From NCBI GenBank assembly GCA_030834125.1, contig JAURFW010000002.1, positions 289 through 64,288 on the forward strand: a stretch of 64,000 nucleotides of DNA. The letters run 5' to 3'. Each line of letters opens with the position of its first letter. Within the stretch, counting starts at the first letter, position 1. Below, one piece after another: positions 38,901-49,900 of the stretch. The DNA comes from Bacteroidota bacterium (lineage in GTDB: Bacteria > Bacteroidota > Bacteroidia > NS11-12g > UBA955). The translations under genes and the position numbers were made by a program. The notes below the pieces were generated by a model. It made no database searches, was not told the DNA's origin, and saw nothing but the letters and a program-made list of their open reading frames with translations.

Positions 38901-41900
38901 TTTTTTAAAAGTTACTGGATTAACAGCGGTATAGTTTTACCTAAAGACATTGATACCAATGAGTTAAAATCATGGATATTAAATCAGACCAATTTGCACT
39001 TAGCAGTCATTGCCAATGACAATAAATACTTTTGGAAAGGAGTTGAACCTAAATTATTTGAGATTAAAGTTAGGAGTAGAAGCGAGTTTTCAGAGTTTGT
39101 TGAAAATAAATTTTTAAGCACAGATTCTTCGCTTTTTATGAGTTTTATTGGTTTTTCTGAAGGAGAAAATTATTTAGCATTTAAGGTGAATCATGCACTC
39201 CTGGATGGTTTAGGGTTGGAATTGTTGTGGAAGAAGTTGCAAAATGATCTTAAAAGTGGTTCAAGAAATAAAATAAATCTGATTGCTCCAAAAGAGGTTG
39301 AAATAGAACAAGATTTTTGGGAAAATTATCTCCAAGATGTTGAAATTAAAACGTTGCCTTTCTCGAGACAAAACTCCTCAAAAAAGAGAGTAAAAAGATT
39401 AAATATCAAACTCAATATCCAAGAAAAGGAAAGGTTACAAAAAATTTGCTCAGATTACGATTGTAGTTTATTTGAAGCAGGATTGATAATGTATTGTAAA
39501 CTATGGAAGTATTTTTATGCTTCTAAACCTCATACTATTGGAATTCCTGTAAATTTAGGCAGTTATGGCGAAGAAAATAATATTGCTGGAATGTCAGTAA
39601 ATATTCTTCCATTTCGCACGGATAACGAAAATTCCAAGGAAATACTTCAAAACTGGCGGTTCATATTTAAAAAAAGATTTACACCATTTTCGGATATAGC
39701 ACAATTGGATAAAAACCAGAAAAATGGCCTTCCTTTTTTCAATAGCACCTATCTCTACCATGCTCAAAAAGATATAGATAATACTTTTGAAAGTATAGAT
39801 TTTGAAAGAGCACAGACGGATTATGATCTTTCATTAGATTTCATTGAAACAAAAAATGATTTGATTTTTTCTTGGGAATTTAGGTCGGATTTTCTTTCAG
39901 AAACAGCTATCAAAAAAATTCATAGATGCTTATTTAATGATGTTGACATTAAAAATGATAGTAAATATTCAGTATTTACACCAATAAAATATCAATGGGA
40001 GCAAATAGTTGAGTTGTATTCTTCAAAAACAGCGTTAATATTTAATGATAAAAATTATAGTTATGCCGAACTTGCTAAGTTGGTTTTAGACCATCAAAAA
40101 AATTATCAAAATATTACTGATGGAATTGAGATTTTGATACTAGATCGTGACGTTTATTCAATTTCAAAACTACTTTTTCATTTAATTGAAGGAATTCCAT
40201 TTGTTCCTGTTGATGCAGAAACTAAACCAGATAGGATAGAGCAAATATTAATGTTGGCGAAAGATATAAATTTAAAAGATCCAACAAATAAAAATTTACA
40301 ATATGTTATAGCCACTTCTGGAACAACGGGTATACCGAAATTGGTGGGTGTGAGTAAAAGCGGTTATGGATCTGCCGTAGGTGCCTGGAAAGAGGATTAT
40401 AATATTAATTCAAACGATTGCTGCATGCAAGCCGCATCCTTTTCATTTGATGTTTCATTGGGTGATATCGGAAGAACATTTTTCAACGGTGCTACGATGT
40501 TACTATTAAATGCAAATGAACGGAAAGATCCGATGACAATGCTTCAAAAAATTTCGAATTTTTCGGTCACTGTTTTTGAAACTACACCACTAATCGCGCG
40601 TTGGTGGATATCTGAAAATATTAAACTTAAAACTTATTCAAGTCTTAGACTTCTTATTGTTGGATCGGATAGTTGGAAAATGGAAGAAATTAGAACTTTG
40701 TGCAAATCAAAAAATAAAGAACAGAAAGTTATAAATTCCTACGGGCTATCAGAAACAAGTATAGATAATAGTTTTTTCGACCCTGATTCAGATGATCAAA
40801 CATTCTATGCTAACGAGATGCTTGTTCCAATTGGAAAGGCAATGAGTCATTGCGAAATTGACATTGTGAATTCAGAAAAGCAAAGTTTAAAGAACGGAAT
40901 AGAAGGATTTATCAATATTTCAGGTCCGGCTGTGGGCTATGGTTATTTTCTTGATGGACATTGGACAAATTCGAATCCAGAACAATGGTTGACCGCAGAT
41001 CGTGGAATTATTGATGAGTGGGGGATTTGTCATTTTAAAGGAAGATCTGACCGTCAAGTTAAGGTAAGAGGGCAACGAGTTGAATTAGAAGAAATAGAAA
41101 ATATACTTTCGATAAATTCCAAAGGAACAATTTGGCATGTTGTTGATTTTGAACATGAATTTTCAATAGAGATGGCGGCATTTTACAACGTTGAATTATC
41201 AACTATTGAAATTCAAGAATTAAAAAAGTCAATAATCAGTAAATTTCCTAGTTATTTTTTACCAACACTTTTTATTCAAATTGAAAAAATTCCTTTAAAT
41301 ATTAATGGAAAAACAGATTTGAATGCTTTAAAGAAAATCGCTCAATCAAAATTTGAACAAAATGCTGAATTAAATGAAAATGAAGAAATAATTGAGAGGA
41401 TTTTGAGTTTATACAAGCAATGTTTTAACGAATCCGCAATTGAAGATCAAAACTTTTTTAGTAATGGTAAAAATAGTTTTGATGCAATGCATTTTGTAAG
41501 GACCTGGAATAAGATTTCTAATGAAAAAATGGCGGTACATCAGTTATTTGCGGCGCAAAATTTCAGAAATCTGGCTCAAATGTTAACTTTATCAGTAAGT
41601 ATTGATATTGAAAAAAGCTCAACAAAAAAGATTTCCAAGGCTCAAGAGGCAATTTGGTTTGAAATAAAACAGGGAAAAACAACACTTTATAATCTACCAC
41701 ATATAATAGAAATTCCAAATAAGTATAATATCAAAAAGTTTAAAGCGGCTTTTGAAAATACACTGAAAGTTTGTTCATCACTATTCGTGAGGTTTGAAGA
41801 AAATGATCTTGGAGACGTTTTTGAATTACCCTTAGATTGCGCAAATTATGTACTTCCCACAATCACAATTGAAAAATTGGAAGAGTTTAAATCGCAATCT

Positions 41901-43685
41901 TTTACAACAGAAATCAATTTGACGGAAGGTCCATCCTTTGAAGCGGCATTATTAATTAGTACAAATCAATATTATTTATATTTCAATCCTCATCACATAG
42001 TATATGATGGAGGTTCCGATGCTGTTTTATTGAAAATATTTGATAATTTTTATAACGATAGATCTGAAATCCTAGAAAATTATACAGAAGTAATAAGTAG
42101 TAATACCGTTGATTGGGAATCCTACTTCAACTTAGTTTCAAAACCTGAAATTTGTTTTCAAAAAACCGATAGTTCAATACAACCTGGTTTATTTATCCCC
42201 TGTAGCAAGGAAGACTCTTCAAAGATTTATTCTATCGCAGAAAATTATCAATGTACTACGACAATTATCATTTCAAACCTATTAACTAAGGCATTGAATG
42301 AATCAGGCATTAATATAAATTGGATTTCCCTTGCAGTAGATCATCGGACCTATGATTGTGTAGGTATGCATATGCGCGCGCATCCTTTTCCAGGTTATAA
42401 TTCTGAAGAGGAATTAGATTTAAATATAGCCAAACAAAAATGGGCATTAAGCAAACTTTTTTCTGCAGCCGATCAAAATTTAATCTATCCGGATTCAATT
42501 TCTGTAGAGGCTTATCATCAGGTAGGTTTGGTTATTCAACATCCATTTTATCTTGAAAATTTAAATTATAAAGAAAGAATTGACCTTACTCGACCTAGGC
42601 TTCCATTAAGTTTGTATGTGGAGCAGATAAATGATCAATTCTTTTTCCGTTGGGAATTTGATAATAGTCAGATTTCAATGGATAAAATTAAGGAAATACA
42701 TAGTAATTTTTTCATTCTAGCTGATGAATTGGAATTTAGGGATAAAAAAATCTTACAGTTTAATCCTGTTACTGCAGCAGGTAAAAAATCGATAATTCCT
42801 ATTGACATTTTACCAGAACTAGAACAAATTTGGGTAAAATATACAGGAAGAGAAAATATCGAAACACTTCATTTTTTTGAAGCTGGTGCTAATAGTCTAA
42901 AGGCATTATTAATGCTAAAAGAAATAGAAAGGAAATTGCAAATACGCATTTCTACAGTAGATTTTTTCAAACAACCAACACTTACGTTTCTTTCAAAAGC
43001 AGTCGAAAAATTTGAATACAATGAGCTCATTTTCAAATTACAAGATGGTAATGACAGTAAAGAATTATGGCTTTTACCTCCAATTATGGGATTTGGTTAT
43101 ATTTTCAATAGTTTGAAATTACCAGATAATTTGAAAACTTTTGCCTTTAGTTACCCTGCTGCAATGGGAATAAATAAAGCTGGAAATATCGAGGAATTAG
43201 CTAGAATGCTTTTCAAAGAGCGCATTTCGGCATCAGAATTACCGGAAGAAATTACATTGCTAGGGTATTCAATGGGTGCCTTGACTGCATTTGAGTTGGC
43301 AAAATTACTCGAGGAACATAATGTAAAAGTGAAGAAATTGATAGTGCTGGACAAAACTGCACAACCTGAGTTTGGTCGAATTCTTGAACAGGTAGAGTTA
43401 AGAAGTGAACTTATGGAAATAGCAAAACAAATCGCCATAGATTCAACTGAATATAAAAGAATTATTGAATATCTTTCATCCCATGAATTGATGATCGAAG
43501 CTTATCAGCAAGTTGGGTTTTTAAATTGTCCAATTGAGGTATTCTATTGTGAAAACGGATTTCAAAAATTAGACTTTAATAAATGGAAGAGATTCACTTC
43601 TTCCGAATTACAACTCCAATCTCTAAAAAAATGTAATCATTATCAAATTCCAGATATTTGGAATGAATTGGATCTGAATTATTGA
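35934..43685 (+). CDS. NRPS-2: C - A(?arylglycine) - T - C - A(Orn-type) - T - C - T - TE
   Basis: C HHLLFDG, NHALLDG, HHIVYDG; A CTSGSTGRPK and ATSGTTGIPK; T GLNS, GKNS, GANS; TE GYSMG. Confidence 0.93.
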   Translation: MRKEDILSIVPLLPAQQYMLAASVKDGQSTYIQQLVFKVRNYDGKAIEESINKLVQNYECFRSLILFEGLKQAVWVSIKNITPKFIYHQINEAELDEFCKNRLEQGFKLDKEVAMKLDWIESQSDNYLLITYHHLLFDGWGRQKILSEVLFALKFPRASIKPKLNINWYEAWKQLNHNEALNAYNTYLTRFDTFASLTQLGQGQNKNCTHSISIEEIQISKAARNLNLTQAEYVLFSWACFISKWTNTSKVQLGQIKQNGLIDSCRDGFGLGIQTLPFQLDIDFNVTIAETLKVFKQRERKLTDYSFVDTTNEIFQQITYDFIIAFENYPIENSLVDFEHDFILIKNYDFSEFPLSLAISPNNGKLIFDWHYNQKQYCQRQIETVAKHFIECLEKLPVNIDSRLCNLRFWEPKPIPQFKIKTSQEDFFSRIEKHIIQGGREELYIQLKKYFQKYNINRVWIIGDKHSNSDLLICAAWYCKIEVLSLNEKESAAFVMHLHDEYSADLIFTNVSPSSFPKAISMDCLDNLPENPNSKLSKKSDVALSICTSGSTGRPKVVQLNLENLIAFFEAWEKKLPWKSNEVFASIAHPAFDIGVAELIFPLWKGFQTKLISKETLSDPILLNRELHDVTAFHMVPSLLENWIENSPADNKNRIVMTGGDKVPSNLQSKLSKKFPNVRLFQFYGPSECSVLSSGFENTGDFENHFSPLGTNFDHCELFVFSKDINQSAPFQEGEIIVCGPAVGLGYAFDNEDNKFFYYKGQKAYRTGDFGFFDENGNLFFRGRKDNQIKINGQRIELSRIETALSEWSSIEHWVTVSDGFKLFAFAKSEKSKIEKRRQDLQNWLPFYAMPHLIHYVNEFPLNKNGKLDRQQLIELGKKLVNVNIDSAIDADIDLLFKELFPNRVINTALSWYANGLNSIDALKFSGLLKSKLKFTIEINQILSIERLTSLNSLKIKVNDEPEEITIKPGQELYSTAARIVFLSESDDQFFKSYWINSGIVLPKDIDTNELKSWILNQTNLHLAVIANDNKYFWKGVEPKLFEIKVRSRSEFSEFVENKFLSTDSSLFMSFIGFSEGENYLAFKVNHALLDGLGLELLWKKLQNDLKSGSRNKINLIAPKEVEIEQDFWENYLQDVEIKTLPFSRQNSSKKRVKRLNIKLNIQEKERLQKICSDYDCSLFEAGLIMYCKLWKYFYASKPHTIGIPVNLGSYGEENNIAGMSVNILPFRTDNENSKEILQNWRFIFKKRFTPFSDIAQLDKNQKNGLPFFNSTYLYHAQKDIDNTFESIDFERAQTDYDLSLDFIETKNDLIFSWEFRSDFLSETAIKKIHRCLFNDVDIKNDSKYSVFTPIKYQWEQIVELYSSKTALIFNDKNYSYAELAKLVLDHQKNYQNITDGIEILILDRDVYSISKLLFHLIEGIPFVPVDAETKPDRIEQILMLAKDINLKDPTNKNLQYVIATSGTTGIPKLVGVSKSGYGSAVGAWKEDYNINSNDCCMQAASFSFDVSLGDIGRTFFNGATMLLLNANERKDPMTMLQKISNFSVTVFETTPLIARWWISENIKLKTYSSLRLLIVGSDSWKMEEIRTLCKSKNKEQKVINSYGLSETSIDNSFFDPDSDDQTFYANEMLVPIGKAMSHCEIDIVNSEKQSLKNGIEGFINISGPAVGYGYFLDGHWTNSNPEQWLTADRGIIDEWGICHFKGRSDRQVKVRGQRVELEEIENILSINSKGTIWHVVDFEHEFSIEMAAFYNVELSTIEIQELKKSIISKFPSYFLPTLFIQIEKIPLNINGKTDLNALKKIAQSKFEQNAELNENEEIIERILSLYKQCFNESAIEDQNFFSNGKNSFDAMHFVRTWNKISNEKMAVHQLFAAQNFRNLAQMLTLSVSIDIEKSSTKKISKAQEAIWFEIKQGKTTLYNLPHIIEIPNKYNIKKFKAAFENTLKVCSSLFVRFEENDLGDVFELPLDCANYVLPTITIEKLEEFKSQSFTTEINLTEGPSFEAALLISTNQYYLYFNPHHIVYDGGSDAVLLKIFDNFYNDRSEILENYTEVISSNTVDWESYFNLVSKPEICFQKTDSSIQPGLFIPCSKEDSSKIYSIAENYQCTTTIIISNLLTKALNESGININWISLAVDHRTYDCVGMHMRAHPFPGYNSEEELDLNIAKQKWALSKLFSAADQNLIYPDSISVEAYHQVGLVIQHPFYLENLNYKERIDLTRPRLPLSLYVEQINDQFFFRWEFDNSQISMDKIKEIHSNFFILADELEFRDKKILQFNPVTAAGKKSIIPIDILPELEQIWVKYTGRENIETLHFFEAGANSLKALLMLKEIERKLQIRISTVDFFKQPTLTFLSKAVEKFEYNELIFKLQDGNDSKELWLLPPIMGFGYIFNSLKLPDNLKTFAFSYPAAMGINKAGNIEELARMLFKERISASELPEEITLLGYSMGALTAFELAKLLEEHNVKVKKLIVLDKTAQPEFGRILEQVELRSELMEIAKQIAIDSTEYKRIIEYLSSHELMIEAYQQVGFLNCPIEVFYCENGFQKLDFNKWKRFTSSELQLQSLKKCNHYQIPDIWNELDLNY

Positions 43686-43692
43686 TAAAAAT

Positions 43693-46416
43693 ATGATTTC
43701 ATTAAATCAATATCAACTTCTATTTTTCAATCGCGAAATAAATTTTGGAAATTCAGCATCTAATGTGCTAAAAGGTTATGCTGAAATAAAATCTGCAAAT
43801 TTTGAAAGGCTGTATGATTCCGTAAATACAGTATTGAAAAAATCTGAATGGACCTATCTCAGCATAGATAAGAATAGCAGTAGTTGGATAATAAAAGATT
43901 CATGGAATGGAAGATTAGAGAAGTCAATATTTTTACCCGAAATAGCTATTGATAAACATTTATGGACAGTACAACTTGTTAAGGATGAAGATTCTGATAA
44001 AATTAGATTACATCTATTCCTGCATCACTGTTTAGCCGATGCACATTCTTTCAATCTTTTTTGGGATGCTGTTTTTAACCAATATCAAAATGGAATCTTT
44101 GAAATAGCACCACTTTTTCCGGAATTGAGCTACAGTAAAGGTCAATTAAATCAAAATAAAAAAAATCTACGGACAGACTTAGGAATTGGGAGCATCCGAA
44201 GAATTTCATTGAAATTCAATCAAAGAATAAAAAGGCATTTGATTACTCTTGCTAACCAAAACGGAACTAGCTTAATGTCGATGTTGCTTGAATATATTGA
44301 GAATGAACTTGAAAATTGTGAAGGTGATCTTGAAATCCCATTGAAATTAGGAATAGCACTTCGAAATCGAAGAAATGTTAATCAAAAAAATGCATTTCCT
44401 ACTGTAGTAAATTTTTTGCCATTACAGGAGGATAGCAACCTTAGTATGCAACAAAAGGTAATGCAACTGTTTCGCTATCAGGACTATCCCTTGATGAATT
44501 ACCTGAATGACAATAAACTACCATTAGCATTTAATGTGCTTTTTTCTTATCAAAAAGAATATTATTTAGTGGAAGATGGATTTGAATCAAAATTTACATT
44601 TGAAGCATCAACTAGTGATGACAATATACTAGGCATTCATCTCCTTGAATACGATGATGACAGTTTCATGCTTCATCTTGATTATAGAATTGATATTGCT
44701 TCGGAATCCTATTGGAAGTCAGTGCTTCGGAAAGTAAGTCGAAAAATTACTGCGGACTATTTAAAAATTCCTGATAATCGAGAAGTCAAGAATATTGCGA
44801 TACTTTATCCCAAAACAACTCAGTTAAATGATTTTTGGTATTATTTTGATCAAGCGCCTTCAGAAAAAATAGCATTAATATGTAATGATTATTGTTTGAC
44901 ATTTGCTGAAATTAGAAAACGCATTTCAGGGATTAAATTCAATCCTGAATTGAAACTTCATAGATTAATGCCTGAACGAACAATCGAAAATATTATTGAA
45001 TTATTGGCAGCATGGAAAAATGGAATAACGGTTACGTACCAACAATTAGATGATTTCAAAGAACCAGTAGGATCTAATGCTTCATTCGTTTTACAAGAAA
45101 CTACCGCCTATATTGCTCAAAGTAGTGGTACAACCGGTGAACAGAAAACCATTCAGATTTCATTCGATGGACTTTGTAGTCTTATTCCTGATTGGAAATT
45201 GAACTTTAAAACCGGAGATAGTTATCATCTTTGTTTGGCCGATCAAAGATTTGATGTGTTTTTTGGTGATTTACTTCGCAGTATTATTAGTGGAGAAACT
45301 ATGGTATTTGCAACTGATGATGAACGGCTGAATGCATTGAAAATTGATAGACTGTTAAGGGAATATGGTGTAAGTCATTTTGAATCTACTCCTTCTTTTT
45401 TAAGTTATTTGTTGCCAGAAATAACAGATCTTTCAGGAATCAAAGTAATAATATGTGGTTCTGAACCAATTCAAAAAGGTTTTTATGAGTCGCTTCAACA
45501 AAGCAGATTTAAAGATATTGATTTTTTTAACAGTTATGGTTTAACTGAATGCAGCATAGATACTGCAATTGCCAGGTTAAAAAGAGATAAAGAAGGTCGT
45601 TTCCCATCTGGATTTCCAGTTGGCGATCAGATAATTAGTATTAGAGATACTAAATTAGGGCTTAAACCCAAAGGAATTTGGGGAGAAATTTACATTGAAG
45701 GAAGCTGTGTTGGAATCCAATCTTGCAAAAATGATTCTTATAGAATATTCAAGACTGGAGATTGTGGAATGATAACAGAAGATGGATTAATTGTTAACGG
45801 AAGAATTAATGAAGATTTTATCAAAATAAATGGAAGAAGAGTACCTTCAGCCATGATAGAACAATTGACATCATCAATTAATGGAGTAAAGAATTGTCTT
45901 TGTATGGAAGTAAGGAACATGGCTGTACTATTTGTATTTGGTAATTCAGATGTTCAAATTATTCGAACAAGTCTCTCTAAAGTTCTCAGTCGTTATCAAC
46001 AACCAGATGATTATTTTTTCTGCTCAGAATGGCCTATCAACCAAAATGGAAAATCCGACAGAAAAAAACTCCTTGAGTGGTACCAACAGAAAAATATTAA
46101 TAAACAATCATGGCAACCGGGAACACATCCTTCAGATAAAATACTTTTTGAATGCCTTAAATCAAGAGAAAAATTATTTGGCGCTGCAAACGATTCTCTT
46201 ATTTCTTTTGGTTGGAATAGTATTGAACTATTATCATTGGCAAATGAATTGAATATGAAAGGGGTTTTTGTCCCTTTAGCTTCATTTATTCAAAATCCAA
46301 GTATTTCATTTATTCTCGAATCTGCAACTCAGAAACAAAAAATTGAAAATAGAGAAAACCCCGAAGCCGATGATTTCGACATTGATGATATATTGTCTAT
46401 ATTGAATAATAATTGA
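43693..46416 (+). CDS. NRPS-3: C(starter-like) - A(Orn-type) - T
   Basis: HHCLADAHS; QSSGTTGEQK, FDVFFGD, FESTP, NSYGLTECSID, NGKSD; T GWNS. Confidence 0.9.
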   Translation: MISLNQYQLLFFNREINFGNSASNVLKGYAEIKSANFERLYDSVNTVLKKSEWTYLSIDKNSSSWIIKDSWNGRLEKSIFLPEIAIDKHLWTVQLVKDEDSDKIRLHLFLHHCLADAHSFNLFWDAVFNQYQNGIFEIAPLFPELSYSKGQLNQNKKNLRTDLGIGSIRRISLKFNQRIKRHLITLANQNGTSLMSMLLEYIENELENCEGDLEIPLKLGIALRNRRNVNQKNAFPTVVNFLPLQEDSNLSMQQKVMQLFRYQDYPLMNYLNDNKLPLAFNVLFSYQKEYYLVEDGFESKFTFEASTSDDNILGIHLLEYDDDSFMLHLDYRIDIASESYWKSVLRKVSRKITADYLKIPDNREVKNIAILYPKTTQLNDFWYYFDQAPSEKIALICNDYCLTFAEIRKRISGIKFNPELKLHRLMPERTIENIIELLAAWKNGITVTYQQLDDFKEPVGSNASFVLQETTAYIAQSSGTTGEQKTIQISFDGLCSLIPDWKLNFKTGDSYHLCLADQRFDVFFGDLLRSIISGETMVFATDDERLNALKIDRLLREYGVSHFESTPSFLSYLLPEITDLSGIKVIICGSEPIQKGFYESLQQSRFKDIDFFNSYGLTECSIDTAIARLKRDKEGRFPSGFPVGDQIISIRDTKLGLKPKGIWGEIYIEGSCVGIQSCKNDSYRIFKTGDCGMITEDGLIVNGRINEDFIKINGRRVPSAMIEQLTSSINGVKNCLCMEVRNMAVLFVFGNSDVQIIRTSLSKVLSRYQQPDDYFFCSEWPINQNGKSDRKKLLEWYQQKNINKQSWQPGTHPSDKILFECLKSREKLFGAANDSLISFGWNSIELLSLANELNMKGVFVPLASFIQNPSISFILESATQKQKIENRENPEADDFDIDDILSILNNN

Positions 46417-46432
46417 TAATATTTTAATCGTC

Positions 46433-46822
46433 ATGCATGAAATACAATTACCTCAAACAAGTTTCTACTACTTAAGAAATCATCCTTTAAAAGGAATGGG
46501 TGTATATTCATTGAGAGATTTCAAGATAGGTGAAATGATTTCAAAGAACTACGTTGCAATAATTGATTGGGAAATGGATGAAAATTCATCTTTTCAACAA
46601 CACTATCCAATGTATTGGACAGAGGAATTTGCTTGTATTGCATTTGGGATAATAAACCTTGTTAATCACAGCTCAAAGCCAAATTGTAGAATTAAAATAG
46701 ATTATGATTCTCAAACTATAGCTCTTTTAAGTAAAAAAGTAATTAATGCAGAAGAAGAATTAACAATTGATTATGGTGATGAACATTTTCCATTTAAATG
46801 TGGTAAAGTAAAAATTTATTAA
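46433..46822 (+). CDS. Stand-alone SET-domain methyltransferase
   Basis: KGMGVYSLRDFKIGE, LVNHSSKPNC, EEELTIDYG (SET motifs GxG, NHS, EELxxDY). Confidence 0.9.
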   Translation: MHEIQLPQTSFYYLRNHPLKGMGVYSLRDFKIGEMISKNYVAIIDWEMDENSSFQQHYPMYWTEEFACIAFGIINLVNHSSKPNCRIKIDYDSQTIALLSKKVINAEEELTIDYGDEHFPFKCGKVKIY

Positions 46823-46913
46823 CCAAAGACCTTAGATGATAAAATATTAAACTAGTCATTCTGAATTTTTATTATAAATTATGTGAAAATACAATTTGAA
46901 AAGGTCTGTTCTA

Positions 46914-49900
46914 ATGAGAAATAATTACAATAAAGAAGATATTGCAGCAGTTTTCAAAACGCATTTTGCCGAACAGAGCCTTATCGTCATGGACATGGAT
47001 AAAGCGCAGAATTCGGAGTACATTGAAACAGCTCTAGTTAAAATTCAGGATCGCATTCTTCAGAAAAATGATATTGAAAACTGGGTTCAATCTATTCCGC
47101 GCTTTCGAGATGTATTTATTTATGAAAAACTGGAAGAGCCTGTTAGGGTAAGACTTAAAACAATCAACCCATCGATTGAAATTATTGATGCCAATAATTG
47201 GGATGATTCCAAAATCTTAGATTGGCTTGATACACAAGATTTGAATTTAAATATACAGCAAGGCCCATTATTCAAAATTTTCATTTTTAAAAGTGAAAAC
47301 TCCTCATATTTAGCTTGTTGTTATCATCATCTTCTTTTTGATGCTATTTCTATTCAATACGCCTTTGCTTCCTTATTAAAAGGGACTAATATTTCTTTTA
47401 AAGAATGGATACCTGTAAATGAAAATAATAAACAGATTAAAGTTGATGAAGTCGGATTTGAGATGCAAAATTTCGTTCCTCAACCGATAAAAGGAGTAGA
47501 CCAATTTTTATATGAAGAACTAGAACTGCCTGAATTGCATTACAAGGATTTTATGGCAAAATGGGCGGAGTTCATCTTTTTGGCCACAGGAGAAGATCAA
47601 ATTTGCATTGGTGAAGTTTTTAGCCTAAGAAATACAGAGCCTGCTGCGCAGGATGCTATTGGCTATTATGTGCAGACTTGGCCTTTAATACTAAAAAGTA
47701 ATTCTAGTATTAAAGAAGATATTGAAATTCAACGCTCAAAAATTCTAAAACATTTAGATAAGCCTGTACAGTCTTTATATCCCACTGGTCTTTTCGATCA
47801 TTGTTGGGTACTTGAACCAGAAATAAAAAGTGAATATAAAGCAATTTTTAGATCACGTCCACATTATTTACTTTCTATTGTAATTAAAGCAAATAATGAA
47901 GGTGTTTCACTTTGCTTTGTCTGGAATTTAAATAAAATTACTAAGCCAGCAGCTAAGGAAATAATAAATTCATTTAATGAATTTGTAAATAGTAAAAATG
48001 CGATAAAAAAAATAAATAAAGAGTCTTATCAACTTAAGCCTATCAATTATATTTGGACAGAAAAAATTAATTTAAATCCAGATAAAATTGCTGTTCGAGA
48101 TTCAAAAGGAAATAAATTAAGTTATAAGCAGCTTGAAGATCTTTCAGATTCCTTAGCATCTGTCTTGGATGTTAAAATACAAGAGCCTGTAGGAATAAGA
48201 ACATCTAATTCTGTTCTATTAATTGTTTCTATGTTGGCAATTTTAAAAAAGAGGGCAATATATGTACCCTTAGATCCAGAAATATCTGACGAAAGATTTA
48301 AATATATAATAAACGATGCCAATATTAACACTATTATCAGTGATTTAGAGGCAGTGCCTTTGAAAACAATGATTCATCCCATACAAAATAAAGTATCAGG
48401 GGTGCCAATGGATTTAAAGCCTGATTTAAATGATATCTGTTATCTGATTTATACTTCTGGAACTACGGGGCAGCCTAAAGGGTGTTCAGTAATGCAGAAA
48501 AATCTGAGCAACTTGTTTATTGGTACAGCATTGAAATTCGATTTTAAGAAAGACGATTCATGGATTCTTGCTCATAGCTATGGGTTTGATTTTTCAACAT
48601 GGGAAATTTGGGGAGCATTGCTTAATGGAGCTTCACTTTACATTCCTGACCGTAAAGATGTTAAGGATAGCTTTAAATTCTACAAAATATTACAACAGGA
48701 AGAAATAACTATACTTAATCAAACCCCAAAAGCCTTTGAAAATTTAATGATTGTTGGTGAATCAGAAGCACAATTAAGTAAACTACGATATCTGATTTTT
48801 GGCGGTGATAAATTAAATTTTCAAAAGATTTATAATTGGCAATTAAATAATGCTAAGGTAAAGGCAGTAAATATGTATGGTATTACAGAAACCACCGTTC
48901 ATGTTACTTTTAAGGAGGTTGAAGTTGAAGAATTTAGTAATATTGGCAATCCACTTCCTGGGTATGCACTTTCACTTAGAAATGTAAAAGGAAATATAGT
49001 ACCCGATGGTTTTATTGGAGAATTGTATGTTGAAGGAAGCGGCGTTTGCAATGGTTATTTCCAGAAAGAACAATTAACCGCAGAGAAGTTCGATTTTCAG
49101 AAAAACCCAACATATAGGAGTGGCGATTTGGGTTGGCGCATGAATAATGATTTCTATTATTTAGGAAGAAATGACCGTCAAATAAAAATAAGAGGATATA
49201 GGATTGAACTTGGTGAAATTGAATTTTTACTTCAAAAAGAATTTAAGAATCTTTTTAAAATACTTTTTATTAATAACAAGCTATTAGTTGCATTCCATAC
49301 TTGTCCTTTTGACATTGATAGATCCATGTGTATCTCGCTACTCCCAGAATATGGTATTCCTTCAAGGTTTATTAAATTAAAAGAAATTCCCCTTAATGTT
49401 AATGGAAAAACTGATGAAGAAGCTTTAAAAAATATTTTAAATGAAGTTCAAAAAGACAAATCAAATGGGACCGATGATTTGTTTTCATATTTTTCAAAAG
49501 TTTTAGGTAATAATTTAGACTTACACAGAAGTTTCATTGAAAATGGAGGTGATAGTATCAGTGCAATCAGGCTTATAAATACCCTTCGTAAGGATAATTT
49601 TAATCTTTCAATTCAAGATCTTTTTACAACCTCATCTCTTTCTCAATTAAAATTGAAAAAACTTAATGAGAATAGTATTAGAGAAAGTTGGATGAATGAT
49701 CCATTAATTGATACTTTAAATTTAGAAAATCAATTAAAAATTGATGGAGTATTTCCGCTAAGTGAGTCTCAAATTGGTATTTTATATGACAGTTTAGCTG
49801 GAACAGAAGATGTTTACATGGTTCAATTAACTTATGAAATTGGGTCTGATATTACCGTAAAACAGCTTCGCAAGGCATATTTAAATGTAATGCATGCTTT

